NCBI RefSeq assembly: GCF_006345805.1
Contig: NC_043004.1
Location: forward strand, 80,600,001-80,664,000
Direction: 5' to 3'
Source: Octopus sinensis
Taxonomy: Eukaryota
Length of the DNA: 64,000 nt
Shown here: piece after piece, positions 1 to 13,554 of the stretch
How the letters are laid out: every line of letters starts with the position of its first letter
Position numbering within the stretch: the first letter of the stretch is position 1
Made by a program: the position numbers and the translations under genes
Notes under the pieces: model-generated
Told to the model about the DNA's origin: nothing
What the model saw: only the letters and a program-made list of their open reading frames with translations
The model's database searches: none

Positions 1-394
1 CAATGGACTGGATGAAATAGACTCCCCAGTACACAACTGGTACCCTTTTAAGCCTCGCCAGAAAAGTATTGAAGTTAAAAATCTCCCTTCTCCAATAAAT
101 ATTGACCATTACGGTTCGTGGTCTTAATCACAACTGACCAAAGCCTGACAGTGGTGGTGGTGGTGGTGGTGGTGGTGAAGACTGTTTTGGAAGCTCGTTT
201 CCCATCCACATGGTTCTGAGTTCCAGTCCAACCCTGGCCTTGTGGGTGGATTTGATAGATGGAGACTGGAAGAAGCCCATCATCTGTTTGTGTGTTTGCA
301 TTTACACCCCTGTAACTTAGTGGTTCAGCAAGAGAGACCAAGAGAATAAGTTGTAAACTTTAAAAAAATATATATCAATATATATATATGGTGA

Positions 395-700
395 CAAAGA
401 ACACCTGTTTGATTTGATGTTGTCATCCAGGGTGTTGGTCATTACTAGAAGGTCTTTGATCACATATCCAACCTAGGGCTAAACAACACATAGTAACAAA
501 AAACACCTGTTTGAGTTGATGTCATCCAGGGTGTTGGTCATTACTGGAAGGTCTTTGATCACATATCCAACCAAGGGCTAAACAACACAGTAACAGAAAA
601 CACCTGTTTGATTTAATGATGTCATTCAAGACGTTTGCTCATGGTAGGAACGTCTTTGGTCACAGGTCCGACCTAGGGTTGAACAGCAACACTAACAAAA
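395..700 (+). repeat. Three diverged tandem copies of a ~100-bp unit
   Basis: ACACCTGTTTGA at 401, 503 and 600. Confidence 0.85.
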
Positions 701-1564
701 ACAAGTCTTGTTGAAACGAGTCAAAGGAAGTCTTGTGGTCACTTGCACTGTTAGAAATAGCAGTCAATTGCCCATCAAATTACTTATTTCTATCTTTAAA
801 AAAAACAATAATAGGTAGGGCATGTTGGATAATATAGTGCCAGATGAACAAGATGGGATGGTCGTGGGTGGATTAGCTGTGATTAAAGGATAGGTCTGCT
901 TTGTCAAGGGATTGATCAGGCTTGTAACTATAATGACCATTATCAAAAAATGATAATGATAGTGATAATAACGTTTGATCATAGTAATAATTTTAAGGGT
1001 GGTGGGCATGGTGGTAGTGGAAGGGGTGTGTGTGATGATGATTGACATTATGTGGGGGGAGATGAAGGTGGTGGTAGTAAAGCCATGGTAACTGACAGCA
1101 GTAATTGTGGTGGTGGTGGTGGTGGTGGTAGTGGAGATAATGATGGTGGTGGAGGAGGAGGAGGTGGTGGTTGCCATGAAGGAGATTGACATAGCTATAA
1201 TTGTGGTGGCAACAATGCTGCTGCTGCTGCTGCTGCTACTGGTAGCAGCAGCAATTGGTAATAATAGCAATTGTGATAGTTGAAGGTAATAATTGATTTA
1301 GTAGTAATTACAGTGAAGCAGTGGGTTGGCGGGCGGGGGGGGGGGCAGCTGTGAGATGAGGAGGTAATGAGCAGACAATGGGGAGGTGGTGGTGGCCATG
1401 TTCTTGTTAAAGGGCACCTGACTACTACTACTACAACTGGTGCTACTGCTACCACTACTACTACTACAGATGAAATATTAGTAATAATTGCAGTGTCATT
1501 AACTTGGTGTTCATTATTGCTAAATCAAAAATGGCAGAAGTATATATACATATACATATATAAG

Positions 1565-1603
<39 letters not shown>

Positions 1604-2533
1604 ATACACACACACACACATAATATATATATATATATATATATACAATTATATATATGTATACATATATACATGTACACATATAGCAATACACACCTAT
1701 ACATATACTTGCACACATATACACACATACATATATATACACATACATGCATACATACATACACATACATTCAACATACCTGTACACATACCTATACGTA
1801 CATATATACACACCATGCACACATATACACACACACACCGTCAAACAAAAACAATCATTCACTAAAATTTTTCCAACTTTTCTTTGTAAATTGATTGAAT
1901 TAGTGGTTTGTGATTAAAAACAGCAAATTTCTCCTTCCTAAAAAGGTTAAAAGTTCATTTCTTTTGTGAGATTCCTTATATTCCGATTTCAAAATTAATT
2001 TGTATTAAAGTGAGGGGGTCGTTAAGTCAAAACTGGTGGAAACTAATATGATTGGTTTAATGTTAAAAGTGGAACCAATTCTTTTCTTTTTATTATTATT
2101 ATCATTATTATTATTATTATTATTATTTTATGAGCTGTAATCCGAATGATTTCATAGTTGCCAATTGTGATATTCAATATCTGTGTAATTGAAACACTCG
2201 CTTTGCAATAATTTGGATATCTGGTTCAGTCCCACTCAATGCCACATTGAACGAGTGTCTTCTACTATGCCCCACCCACCCACCCGACCGACTAACAACT
2301 GCCTTGTGAGAGAATTTTGATAGATTGAAACTGTTTGGAAACCCATCATATGTGTGTCGTCATCATCATCATCATCCACTTTCCATGCTGGCATGGGTTG
2401 GACAGTTGGACATGGAGCTGACTGGCCGGGAGCCGTCCCAACTCCAGCTATTTGTTGTGTCATGATTTCTATGGTTGGCTGCCCTTCCTAATGCCAACCA
2501 CTTAAGACAGTGTGCAGGGCGCTTTTTATGTGA

Positions 2534-2579
<46 letters not shown>

Positions 2580-2590
2580 ATATATATATT

Positions 2591-2951
2591 TAGGCACAGA
2601 TGTGGCTGTGTGGTTCTGGGTTCAGTCCCATTGTGTGACACCTTGAGCAAGTGTTTTCTACTATAGCCTCAGGCCGACCCAAAGCCTTGTGAGTAAATTT
2701 GGTAGACAGAAACTGAAAGAAGCCTGTTGTGGATATATATGTATATGCCTTTGTGTCAGTGTTTGCCCACCCCTCCTCCATCACTTGACAACCGATTTTT
2801 GTTTGTTTATGCCCCCGTAACTTAGTGGTTCGGCAAAGAGACCGATAGAATAAGTACTAGGCTTACAAAGAATAAGTCCTGGGGTCGATTTGTTCAAGTA
2901 AAGGCGGTGCTCCAGCATGGCCACAGTCAAATTCATTGAAACAAATAAAAG
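2591..2951 (+). mobile_element. SINE family A (tRNA-like head, CORE-like CCTTGGGCAAG motif)
   Basis: A-box TGGCTGTGTGG, B-box GGTTCAGTCC and shared tail ...CAGTCAAATGACTGAAACAAGTAAAAG; many copies in the window. Confidence 0.75.
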
Positions 2952-3259
2952 AATGGCTAGAAGTATATTGAGTCTAACTTCATAACCAGCTGATCTAGCA
3001 AGCGGGGCCTCATATCAGTGAGGGGGGCCGGTGCGCATTGATGCCATCAAGAGGTAGGCCCCGAAATGGCGCGCATTCTCTCTTGATGACCCCATGCACT
3101 TGCTAGCTTCCGGTATACGGAGCTTTTAACTGGGAGCACTTGCATGTGTAAGTTGTTTGCAAGACAATATATATATATATGTGTGTGCCTACATTTGCTT
3201 ATATATATACGTATAGATGTAGGTATATACATATACTATGTATATATGCACATATATAT

Positions 3260-3292
<33 letters not shown>

Positions 3293-4191
3293 GGTGGGCT
3301 TCCACTCAATTTCTCTCTACCAAATTCACTCACAGAACATTGGTTGGCTGGGTTATAATAGAGGGCACCTGTGCAAGAGGGTACACAGTTGTACTGAACT
3401 CAAAGCCACATAGTTGCAATTCTTAACCACGCCACCACGCCTGCACGCTTGTGTGTGCATTTATCATATACACATATACTGATATATATATATATTTGTG
3501 TGTGCGTATTTTTTTCTAAACAATTATGATATTTAATATACCGACTACGGTTGTAATGAATAATTTACAATTACCAAACAAACAAACAAACTGGTCTCTG
3601 GGATTTGTAAATATATTTCTTACAAGCTCCTGTTTACATCTCAAATGAGATCCAAATGTTTGGTAACTATTCTGGTGTTCTAACCTTGGCACCATTCTCA
3701 ATTGTTTGCTAAGACTTCACTCAGTTTAGTGTGCACATTTACAATTTACCATTTTGTCACCAACTTGCCTGTAACCTCCCCAGCTTCTGTGATACAAATT
3801 CCATGTTTTAGTCATTTAGCACTCGGCAGATTCTTCTGCCAAATGTAATTCTTGTTTATTTACATCACTTTGAATGAAGCATGCATCATCTCTTAGCTTC
3901 GAGATTTCGATGATGCGGTTGCGTATTTTTTAAAATGACATTGTAGGGTAAGTGTGATAGGTCAGATCTGGATAGTTTGAACGTAAAACTTGTTGGATAT
4001 TTGGGCCAAACATAACATGCTGAAGGTTTATACTGATCTCAAAACAGGTAAATGTTGGTGTTGGGAAGGCCAGGGGGACATAGAAAATGCTTGTGTGAAT
4101 TCCATCTGACCCATGCAGGCATGGAAAAGCGAGCATGATGAGGATATGCATGCGTGTGTGTTTGTGTATGTATGTATGTATATATTTATAT

Positions 4192-4235
<44 letters not shown>

Positions 4236-5429
4236 ATATTATATATATACATACATACATACATACATACATACATACATACATACATACACATTGCTCC
4301 TGTCCACTCACCTGTACATAGGTAACTCTGTGATGGAATAGCCTTCTAATTAGAGGGAATGCTGGCCTGCTCACCTACCCAGCGGGCTGGGATCACTTGA
4401 AGGCTAAAACAAGGAAAAATGCGCATTGTGATCAGTGATGTATAACAACATCCGATACTCTGGTTAATCACATGATACCATTATATGTGTGTGTGTGTGT
4501 GATGTCTAAGCTTTTACATAAAGAGAATATATGTGAGAGAAAAAGAGAATGAGAGAGAACCTTTTTATTCCAACACAACAGTTCTCTAAATATTTTTGCC
4601 CTTGCTTCCTTCCTTAAAACCAAACCATTATATAATCACCACCACCTCTACACCCATCACACCCCCCACTTACTTCTCCAGCCTTCTTCCACCACCCCAC
4701 CCCACCACCATTAATTAATCATGTTTTGTCACTAAGACAGCTAATCCTAATCTACCGTCATTTTCTACTGACATGGCCAAGCATTAGATCATCGTCACTC
4801 ATCCGTCCTGTTTAGCAGTTCCGGTGCATATTGGTGCATCTCAGTGCACCAGGTGATCTCGTCATTCCCTGTAAATCTGCCAAATATCACATCATCACCT
4901 CATCACCCTATTCTCTACCCTCAGCTTGTGCTGGCTGCTGCACAATATTCAGGAATTCTTTCTTGTTCTTCCTCTCTCCCCTTCACCTTTTAGTCTTTTT
5001 TTTTTGTTTTTGTTTTTGTCATGCTTTTTTTTTCCTTCCTGCATTCTTCAGAGAACCATTTCCTGTTGCTATTGGACCTCGACTTCTCCCCCTCCACACA
5101 CACACACACAACGCTGTCTGTGTGGACCCTACTACAAACTGGTACCTGTGTTTGTATTTGCATGTCTCTATGACTGTGTGTGTGTGTGTGTGCTATGGCT
5201 TGTGTGCGAAAACATTCACACGGCGCTAATGTTTGCACAGATTCTTTTGAAGCACATTGAGATTCTCAAAGGACTTTTAACAAACTATGCATATGATCTG
5301 TGTATGTGTGTGTGTGCGCACACACGTGTATGATCTCTGTGTCTGTGTGCAAGGATTTGTTGGTTTTAGTTGAACCCCTCTCCCTACACAAATTGCCCTT
5401 TTTTTTTGTTGTTTCACAATAGACATCAT

Positions 5430-5920
5430 CATCATTGCCATTTAATGTTCGTTGTCGATGCTGGCATGAGTTGGACAATTTGACTGGGTTGGCATACTGG
5501 AAGGCTGTACCAGACTCCAGCCTGATTTGGCATGGTTTTCTACAGCTGGATGCCCTTCCTAATGCCACCCACTCCAAGAATGTAATGGATGCTTTTACAT
5601 GCCACCAACACAGATGTCATTTGTGTGACACTGGATTTTGCTCAGCTTGACTTTGATTTTCCTCGCCTGGTGGGTCTTCTTCTCAAGCACGACACAATGC
5701 CAGAGGTTTTGGTCATTGCCTCCATGAGGCCCAACACTCGAAGCCCAGCATAATGACAAATGGTCTCAGCCTCCCTGACACCCAATGCTTGAAAGGTGTT
5801 TTTATATGCCACCAGCACAGGTGCCATTTACGTGACACCGGTATCTGTCACGACTGCGATTTTTGTTCAGCTTGATGGGTCTTCTCAAGCACGACATAAT
5901 GCCAGAGGTCTTGGTCAAAC
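5430..5920 (-). mobile_element. Family C-related element with its own internal duplication
   Basis: Family C tail. The block CAGCTTGA...TCTCAAGCACGACA..ATGCCAGAGG..TTGGTCA is repeated at about 5643-5716 and 5868-5917. Confidence 0.55.
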
Positions 5921-7336
5921 TGAATCAAATGAAAATACATTTACACTTTTTAATTTCATCACTGGTTTTTAGTCACTGGTGCTGCAGCTGGCCATGCTGG
6001 AGCATTGCCTTAAAGGATTTGAAGAAATCCTGATAAATTGACTCGCACACATCACATTTACTTGTTTACTCATTTCAGTCATTGAGTTGCAGCCATACTG
6101 GAGCACAACCTCGTAGGATTTCATCAGAGAAATCAAACTGACTACTTTAGTGTCTGCTGCTTAATAAGTTGGGCTCTTTTGCCAAACCACCTTAGTTATG
6201 GGGATGTAAACAAACCAACACCTATTGGCAAAGGGGAGCAAAGCTAACAGACATATATGTGTTCAAGCACACACAAATATATACCTTTATGTGTCAGGCT
6301 TCCACACAGTTTCTGCTGGATTCGCTCACAAGGCATTGGTCATTCCAGGGCTATCTATATTGGAAAAAAACTTGCCCAAGCTACAGCACAGTAGAATTGA
6401 ACCTTAGCCACGCAGTTGTGAAAGAAACTTCTTAAATGCACTGTCATGATGTGTCCGCATGCACACGCACACATATATGTTTGTGTGTGAGAATAAGTTC
6501 TAGGCTTACAAAGAATAAGTCCTGGGGTCGATTTGCTCGACTAAAGGCGGTGCTCCACCATGGCCACAGTCAAATGACAGAAACAAGTAAAAAGATAAAA
6601 AGTTATGTACATACACACAAACACTATGTACCCCTTAATCTCTCTTCTCTTCTCAAGAAGCCCTGAAAGTACCCAGAAAATCTTTATTATATTATTACCA
6701 TTTGTGTTGTTTATCACAGAAGATCTCTTAAGAATATTGTAAACATATTATATTCCCATATCTGTCAAGACACACATATACATACATACATACATACATA
6801 CATTCTTGTACATACACATTCATTGTTTGCAGTTTCAGTCGGGGAGTGGGGTGGAGGGGGTTCTTTTTCCTTTTGTTTTATTTATTTTTTTTTTTTTTTG
6901 ATTTCTGAAAAATATGAATTTTATCAAAATTATGATTGCATGAATTTCACGGAGAAAATTTACAATGTAAGATATTTATGAATTTTATCAAAAAATTTTG
7001 AATGAGAAACCTGTGGGTTTTATCATCATCATCATCATCATCAACATTATTATTATTATTATTATTTTTATTTAATTTTTTGGCATTTTATGTATTAATT
7101 TGTTTTGCCCTCTTTTATATTAAAGTTGTAAATTACGAGAGAAAATTTCAATTAAAGGAATTTTCTCCAAGAGTTTTATTAATACCCTCAAGCATATCAT
7201 CATCATCATCATGGATAGTCATCACCCACCACTGCTACCACCGCTGGTCCCACCAACAGCCACTGGTATCAATCTTAACATTTCCTATACCATCCTATTT
7301 CCACCACCCCTCATTTTTTTATATATATTTTAATAC

Positions 7337-7604
7337 ATACTAAGCAATAAAGGGTTTAGCAACGAATTGCCTTACCACATACCGAATTTAGAAATAGCAG
7401 TCAAAGAGTTATAGCTATTTCTTCTACTAAAAAGGGAGATCTCAGTAAAAACAGCAATTGGAAGGCAGACACAAACTGCCTTCCATTGCTGTTTTTACTG
7501 AGATCTCCTTTTTTAGTAGAAGAAATAGCTATAACTCTTTGACTGCTATTTCTAATTCGGTATGTGGTAAGGCAATTCGTTGCTAACCCTTTATTGCTTA
7601 GTAT
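7337..7604. repeat. Long near-perfect palindrome (about 130-bp arms, 7-nt loop)
   Basis: 7337-7468 is the reverse complement of 7476-7604 with four differences; the loop is ACACAAA. Confidence 0.95.
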
Positions 7605-8854
7605 TACTTAAATTTTCCTCGAATGAGGCTTTTACATGCTGAAGACTACTTGGTGTAATTGATAATTATTCCAAATTAATTAATTTTACCCTTCATTATT
7701 ACGGATAACCATATTTTAATACATATATATTTACCTCTCCCAAAACCATTCCCACTTCCATCGCCGCTCCCTCAACCCACTTTGGATGGTGAGCACAGAG
7801 CTAGGTGTGTAGCATGGAGATATACATGCATTTGTACCTGTATGTACATCTATATGTGTGCTTGTTTGTGTATGTAGACATATATATATATATATGTGTG
7901 TTTGTATGTTTGTGTGTGTATCTATGTTTGTGTATATGTATATATGTGAGTACATGTTTGTGTGTGCTTATTGGACAGAGTGCTGGTTTTATTGTATCTC
8001 CTTCCATCCATACCCATCAACTTTAACATATCTTCCACATTCTTTTTTCTCCTCCTCCTCTTCCTCCCTTAGCCTCCTCACCATCACCCTCCTCTTCCTC
8101 CTCACTATAACCACTTTTGCTTACTAGTAAAAGGAAAAGAGTAAGTCACATGGCCTTAAACAGGCTTACACACCCTGATCAGAAATAATATACAAAACAA
8201 CAACAACAACAACAACCACCACCATCCAGTCACATGCTTAAACCATTTGCTTACTCATCTCTCATTAGTCATCTGTCACACACCACATCTTTTATGTACC
8301 ACTTCAATCTTCTTTGTTTCAAGGCAATCCTTGAAATTGATACACTCTCATTCCTCCCATGTGTTCCTTAAAAACCTCATCCTGTTCCAGCCAAACTTAT
8401 CCTTCCTTCCTGCCTTTCACACTTTCTTCCTTGCTTCCTCCTCCCTTTCTACATCTGTTTTGGCCATACATTCAATGATTGTGCAAAAATTCAGACATTT
8501 GCATTTTCATAGCCGACCCAGCCAACCGTGAAATGGGAGGAGTTTTTTGGGTTATTTTGAGGGGTTTTTTTTTACAGCTTTTTTTTTTTTTTTGCTTCTA
8601 TTTTCATTTTTCAGTTTGCTGGAAGCAAATATGTGTCACATATTTTCTTTAACACTTTGGTTACCATATATATTTCTGTTGAAATATTCTAACTTCCAAG
8701 CAATTAGTTTTGGAAATAATAAAGAATTTAGTAAAACAAATTTTTATTAGTAATCTGATGTTTGAGCCATAAACCTGTGTGGTAAAGAGCTTGCTTTCCA
8801 ACCACATGGTTCCAGGTTCAGTCCCACTTCGGAGCACTTTGGTTATGTGTCCTT

Positions 8855-9265
8855 GGATCTTTTCGGTTTGAACGGCAGTTTTTTCTAGTGGTGTCATATG
8901 AAATTGTCACCCATAATTATGACCCTAGTATCGATCTATTGCATTTCAATCTGTTTTAGGGTTAGGGGTGGGGGGAAGAGTTTTTTTTTTTCTTCACAAA
9001 TGTAAACAAACCCAATCTGTTTCTTAAACGAGGGACATATTCATAAGGCACAGAATGTTTTTTACTTCAATAGACGTCAGTGATTGGTTGAAATTGCAGA
9101 AATTGAAGGAAAAAACAACAAATATCTTACAAACTATAGAATTTTCTCAATAAAGCCAAGAGGAAAAGATGTTTTATAAACACATTCTACCAGTATACGA
9201 AGTTTAAAATTTTTTTAGTTATATAGAAATTATGTTAAAAACTGCCGTTCAAACCGAAAAGATCC
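8855..9265. mobile_element. MITE / non-autonomous DNA transposon with about 30-bp perfect TIRs
   Basis: GGATCTTTTCGGTTTGAACGGCAGTTTTT ... AAAAACTGCCGTTCAAACCGAAAAGATCC. Flanks GTGTCCTT / ATGTCCTT give an 8-bp TSD with one mismatch. The element is inserted within a SINE. Confidence 0.85.
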
Positions 9266-10068
9266 ATGTCCTTTACTGTGGCCTTGTGAGTGAATTTGAT
9301 ACGTGGAAACTGAAAGAAGCCTGTCATATATATTTGTGTATGTGTATGCATCTTTGTGTCTGTGTTTTCCCCACTACCACCACCACCACTTGAAAACTGG
9401 TGGTGGTGTGTTTATGTCCCCCATACTTAGTTCAGCAAGAAGTGCAGGGTTGATTTGTTCCACTAAAAACTCCTCAAGACGATGCTCCAGTATGGCCACA
9501 ATCTGATGACAGATACAAATAAAAGAGAAAAGAAGTAAACTGCTAATATTTAACCAGCAAAAGGCATCGTTGTGCTTTTTTAAACAAGACTAAATAAAAA
9601 AGAGAAATCAACTTTTTTAGTTTGTAAAGAACCAAATCCGTTCTTTTGTTTTTTAAATTTTTTAATTTTATTTATTTGTCTATTTGTTTTGAACTCTTAA
9701 AAATCAAATTCCACATGTGAGGAATGAAGAAACATTTGAACCAAAACAAAAAAAAAAAATTAATTAAATAAATTCAGAAAAGAAATAAAGAAACACCTGG
9801 AAGAAAATGAGTTTGAGAAATTGATTTTAGTTTTTAAATATTTATTTTTAAACTGGTGCTAAATATTATTTCAAGGTGTCACGTATTTAGTGTAAAATAG
9901 TGATGTGCGACTGTCAAAAATTGATTTCTGTCTTGGGAGCAAGACCACAGAAATATCGGAAATAGAAAAAGCTCAATTTTTTTTTACTATTATATTTAAT
10001 TTTTTGTTTTATTTTTATTTTTCTTGTTGCTCTCTGCATAGTCAAAGTGCATGATCTGGTAGTTATGA

Positions 10069-10510
10069 CAGTGGTTCACAACCAGGGTCCATATAAGAGT
10101 TTTGGGGATCTACAATAGCACTTTAAGGGCCCCTGAAAAAGTATGTATTGGTATGTCTTGCAAGAAACAGCGAGGGTTCTTTCCCGGGTGTTTTACATTG
10201 TTCAACCTACACAAGTTAATGTGTGAATAACAAAATAAGAATTTTAAAAGAAGTTTCTAGAAAAGTAGTTTTTAAACATCGAATGACTATAGGGGCCCAT
10301 CAGAATCAAAGGGGTCCATAGACCCCTTTAGACGTATGTATGACAAGAAACAGCTAGATTTTTTTCTCGAGCATTTTACATAGTTCAACCTACACAAGTT
10401 ATGTGAATAATAAAATAAAAATTCTATAAACACTGAACGGCTACGGGTTTCACCACAATAAAATAATAATCAAAGGGGTTCCATAGATGAAAAACGGCCG
10501 AGAACCCCCC
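10069..10510. mobile_element. hAT-like MITE, internally duplicated
   Basis: CAGTGGTTCACAACC start and GAGAACCCC end. The CAAGAAACAGC...AACCTACACAAGTTA block occurs twice; homologous to 32531-32836. Confidence 0.55.
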
Positions 10511-12334
10511 GGGTTAGAGGGTTACAATCCTGATCGCTAGATCATGATTTTGAATCCCGGTCGAAGCAGTGTACTGTATTCTTCTGCAAAATGGTCCACT
10601 CAGCTGTGAATGGCTTCCAGCAATAACTAGGAAGTTAACCTTGTGAAGGACCAGTGTCCCATCCAGTGGGATGTGTTGTAATCTTAGTTACTTATTGTTG
10701 TATACTGAAACTGTACACCCCCTCCTAGTGGAAGGTGGTAGTAGCCAGCCATTATAAGTGTTGTTATGGGAATTATGCTGTGATTACTGAGTGAATGTTA
10801 TGACGATCCAACCTTTTGAGGATAATACTGTAGGTCTGGGTATTGTACAGTGCCAGATAGAACCAGTCTATCAATGACTTCAGAATATAAGAAAATATGT
10901 CAGTCATCATCAAAAGACATACAACAGTGGCAAAAGGCCACTTTATAACACTTATACACTGTGGAAACCAGACTGAAGTCTATTTGTATCATTGTGAAGC
11001 AGAGTTTCTGCTGAGTTTTGAAACTCTCGCTCCTAAGCCCAGTTTAGGAACACAGCCTAACTATATTGCTCCAACATGTTTCATGCCCTCACACACACAT
11101 ACAACACATATATTAAGGGGATTTTGAAGATTCTGGCCATTGCCTCATTAGCAACCACTAAGTCATGTGGCCATTGCCTTGTTGCTGAACCACTAAGTCA
11201 TGAGCATGTAAACAAGCTGACAGCAGTTGTCAAGTAGTGAATGAGGACCAACACACAAGTGCATGCATACACAAACACTAACATACATGATGGGCTTCTA
11301 TTCAGTTTCCAGCTCCCAAATTCACTCCCAAGGCTTTGGTCATCTTGGGGCTATAGTAGAAGATACTCAATATGCAGCATGGTGGGACTGAACCCATGAC
11401 CATATGGTTGGGAAATAGCTTCTTCCCCACACACCCATGCTTGCATTTATTTGAGAAAAACTTAATTCTTGAAAAGCATTGGTTTGTCTTTGAAAAAATC
11501 CTTAAATCTATATTTTGCTCAGGTGAAGCGTACAGGGTAAGGGGCGAAACACTTGTGACCCCGAGATACCTGCTGACAATATGGAAGTGTTTCCAGCGTT
11601 GCAGTTCTGCCTTTGAGTTCCTGTGTGGGGGCAGAGTATCTCTGGTGTTTATTTCACCTAAATAACTACATTATCACTTCTATATTCAACCAATGTTTCC
11701 CCCTCAACCCACATTATTATAATGTCTGATAAAAATAAAATAAAATAAAATCAAAACAAAATAGAAACAGGAAAATATTTGAACTCATCAAAATACAATA
11801 AAAAAAATACAAATAAAATATTTCAAAGATTTTTGTTTAATTAAATTTATTTTTATTATGACTCTTAATAATAGACCAATAAAATGTTTACGTTTGAAAT
11901 AATAATGAATTCTGTTTCATTAGCAATAAAAGAAAAGGCTAGATTACTCTGTTGCTTTAATTAAATTATTAACGATGGTCATATAATCTCTATTAAATAA
12001 TTTCTTTTTCAGAAAAGCTTATTGTTCTCGATCAAAATTGTGTGCTGCACATGTGTGTGTGTGTGTCTGGGCCTTTGTATGTGAGCATCTGTTGAGGCCT
12101 TTTTGTTTGTGTGTGTATCAAGATCTTTGTATGTGTATTGTCAGCTCTATTAAAAGTAAGGGACAGACAGACACTGAGTGCGCTATTTACTTAAGGATGG
12201 GAGAAAATAAATGTAATAATTATAAAATAACTATAATTATGTAATGAAAATAAATGTACTTTAGCTAGGAAATTCCTCATGGACTCCCAACTTCTCTCTA
12301 TCCATTCCTAAATATCCATCTCTCTCTGTCTCTT

Positions 12335-12373
<39 letters not shown>

Positions 12374-13554
12374 CTATCTCTATCTATCTATCTATCTATC
12401 TATCTGATACATTCCTTTCATCTCAAATGATGCTATCAATAATTCCGCTGATAAGGAAATTGAAAGGTATTAAATGAGTTGGGTTTAACCTTTTTGTCAC
12501 CATGTTCCTACCTATGTTTGTCTATTTTCAACTAATTTAGTAAAATTATGAAGAATTTAATAAAGTACCTTTGTCATTATGAAGCAAGTATTTGAGACAT
12601 AAAATTCTCACCATTTTAAAACAGGAAATTTTGTATCATGGAACCAGGAATGGTCTCAAGTGAGTTGCTATCAGAAGACTTAAAGACAGTAAGGAATTTG
12701 ATGAGAGAGAGATTTGGCTGTGGGCAAACATAGAAGTTCCCCATTGACTAATGTGGACCCTATTTAAAACCCCTTTGTTACCATATTACTGATGTTGAAA
12801 TTACTGCCTTTGGATTTTAAAAGTAACTTTGTCATTATTGAGCAAATGTTGGGGACATAAAAAAAAAGAAACATGAAATTTGGTTAGAAAGTTTTTAGAC
12901 TGCTTTGAAACAGGAAGTTTGAATTGCAGAACCACTCTTAGTTCTGCAATTTTCCATGCTAGCATGGGTAAATATATGTCAACACCACACCTATCACCAT
13001 AAAACTTCTAAATAACAACAGTGGAAGAAAATAATGAATAAATCAGGTATTAATTAGTATAATTATAAAACTGATATAATTAGGAATGTTATAATTAAGT
13101 AGTTGGGGGTGAGGGCTAATATTCTTGATGTTATGGGTAGTATGAGAAATGTTTAATTAATTAAAATTACATACATTCCTTCCATCCTTCCTTCCTGTCC
13201 CTTGTTCGTTTGGTTGTTGGGGCATCCATTCATGACATCATAACCAGATTTCACCACGTCTCTTGGTCTTCTACTGCCCTGGCCCCAAACATTTGGCTAT
13301 TGACCTGAGCTGGTTTGTCTACCCTAATCAGTGACTCCTTACCTGGAGTCTTTCTCTTATTAGTGCAGTGTTAACACCAACCTCTCGCTTGTTTTAACCC
13401 TTGAGCTGGAGTAACCAGGCTTCCTCTTACTTGGTGATACAAACTTCCTGTTTTAAATTAGTCTTCCAGCAAAATTTCGTGCTAATTTATGATTCAGATA
13501 TCAGTTGTTTGCAAAATTAATTGACACAAAGACAGTGTATTTCAGTAGAAATAT

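Noticed and set aside
3110-3135. GGAGCTTTTAACTG resembling antisense 18S rRNA
   Set aside because: The match is too short and there is no flanking rRNA similarity.
6705-6790. CACAGAAGATCTCTTAAGA as a possible hammerhead remnant
   Set aside because: The core is altered and no GAAA or NUH partner is present; too degenerate to support.
7505-7570. GAAATAGC/GCTATTTC stem in the palindrome as an eroded hammerhead
   Set aside because: Neither CUGANGA nor GAAA is intact, and stems I and III do not pair.
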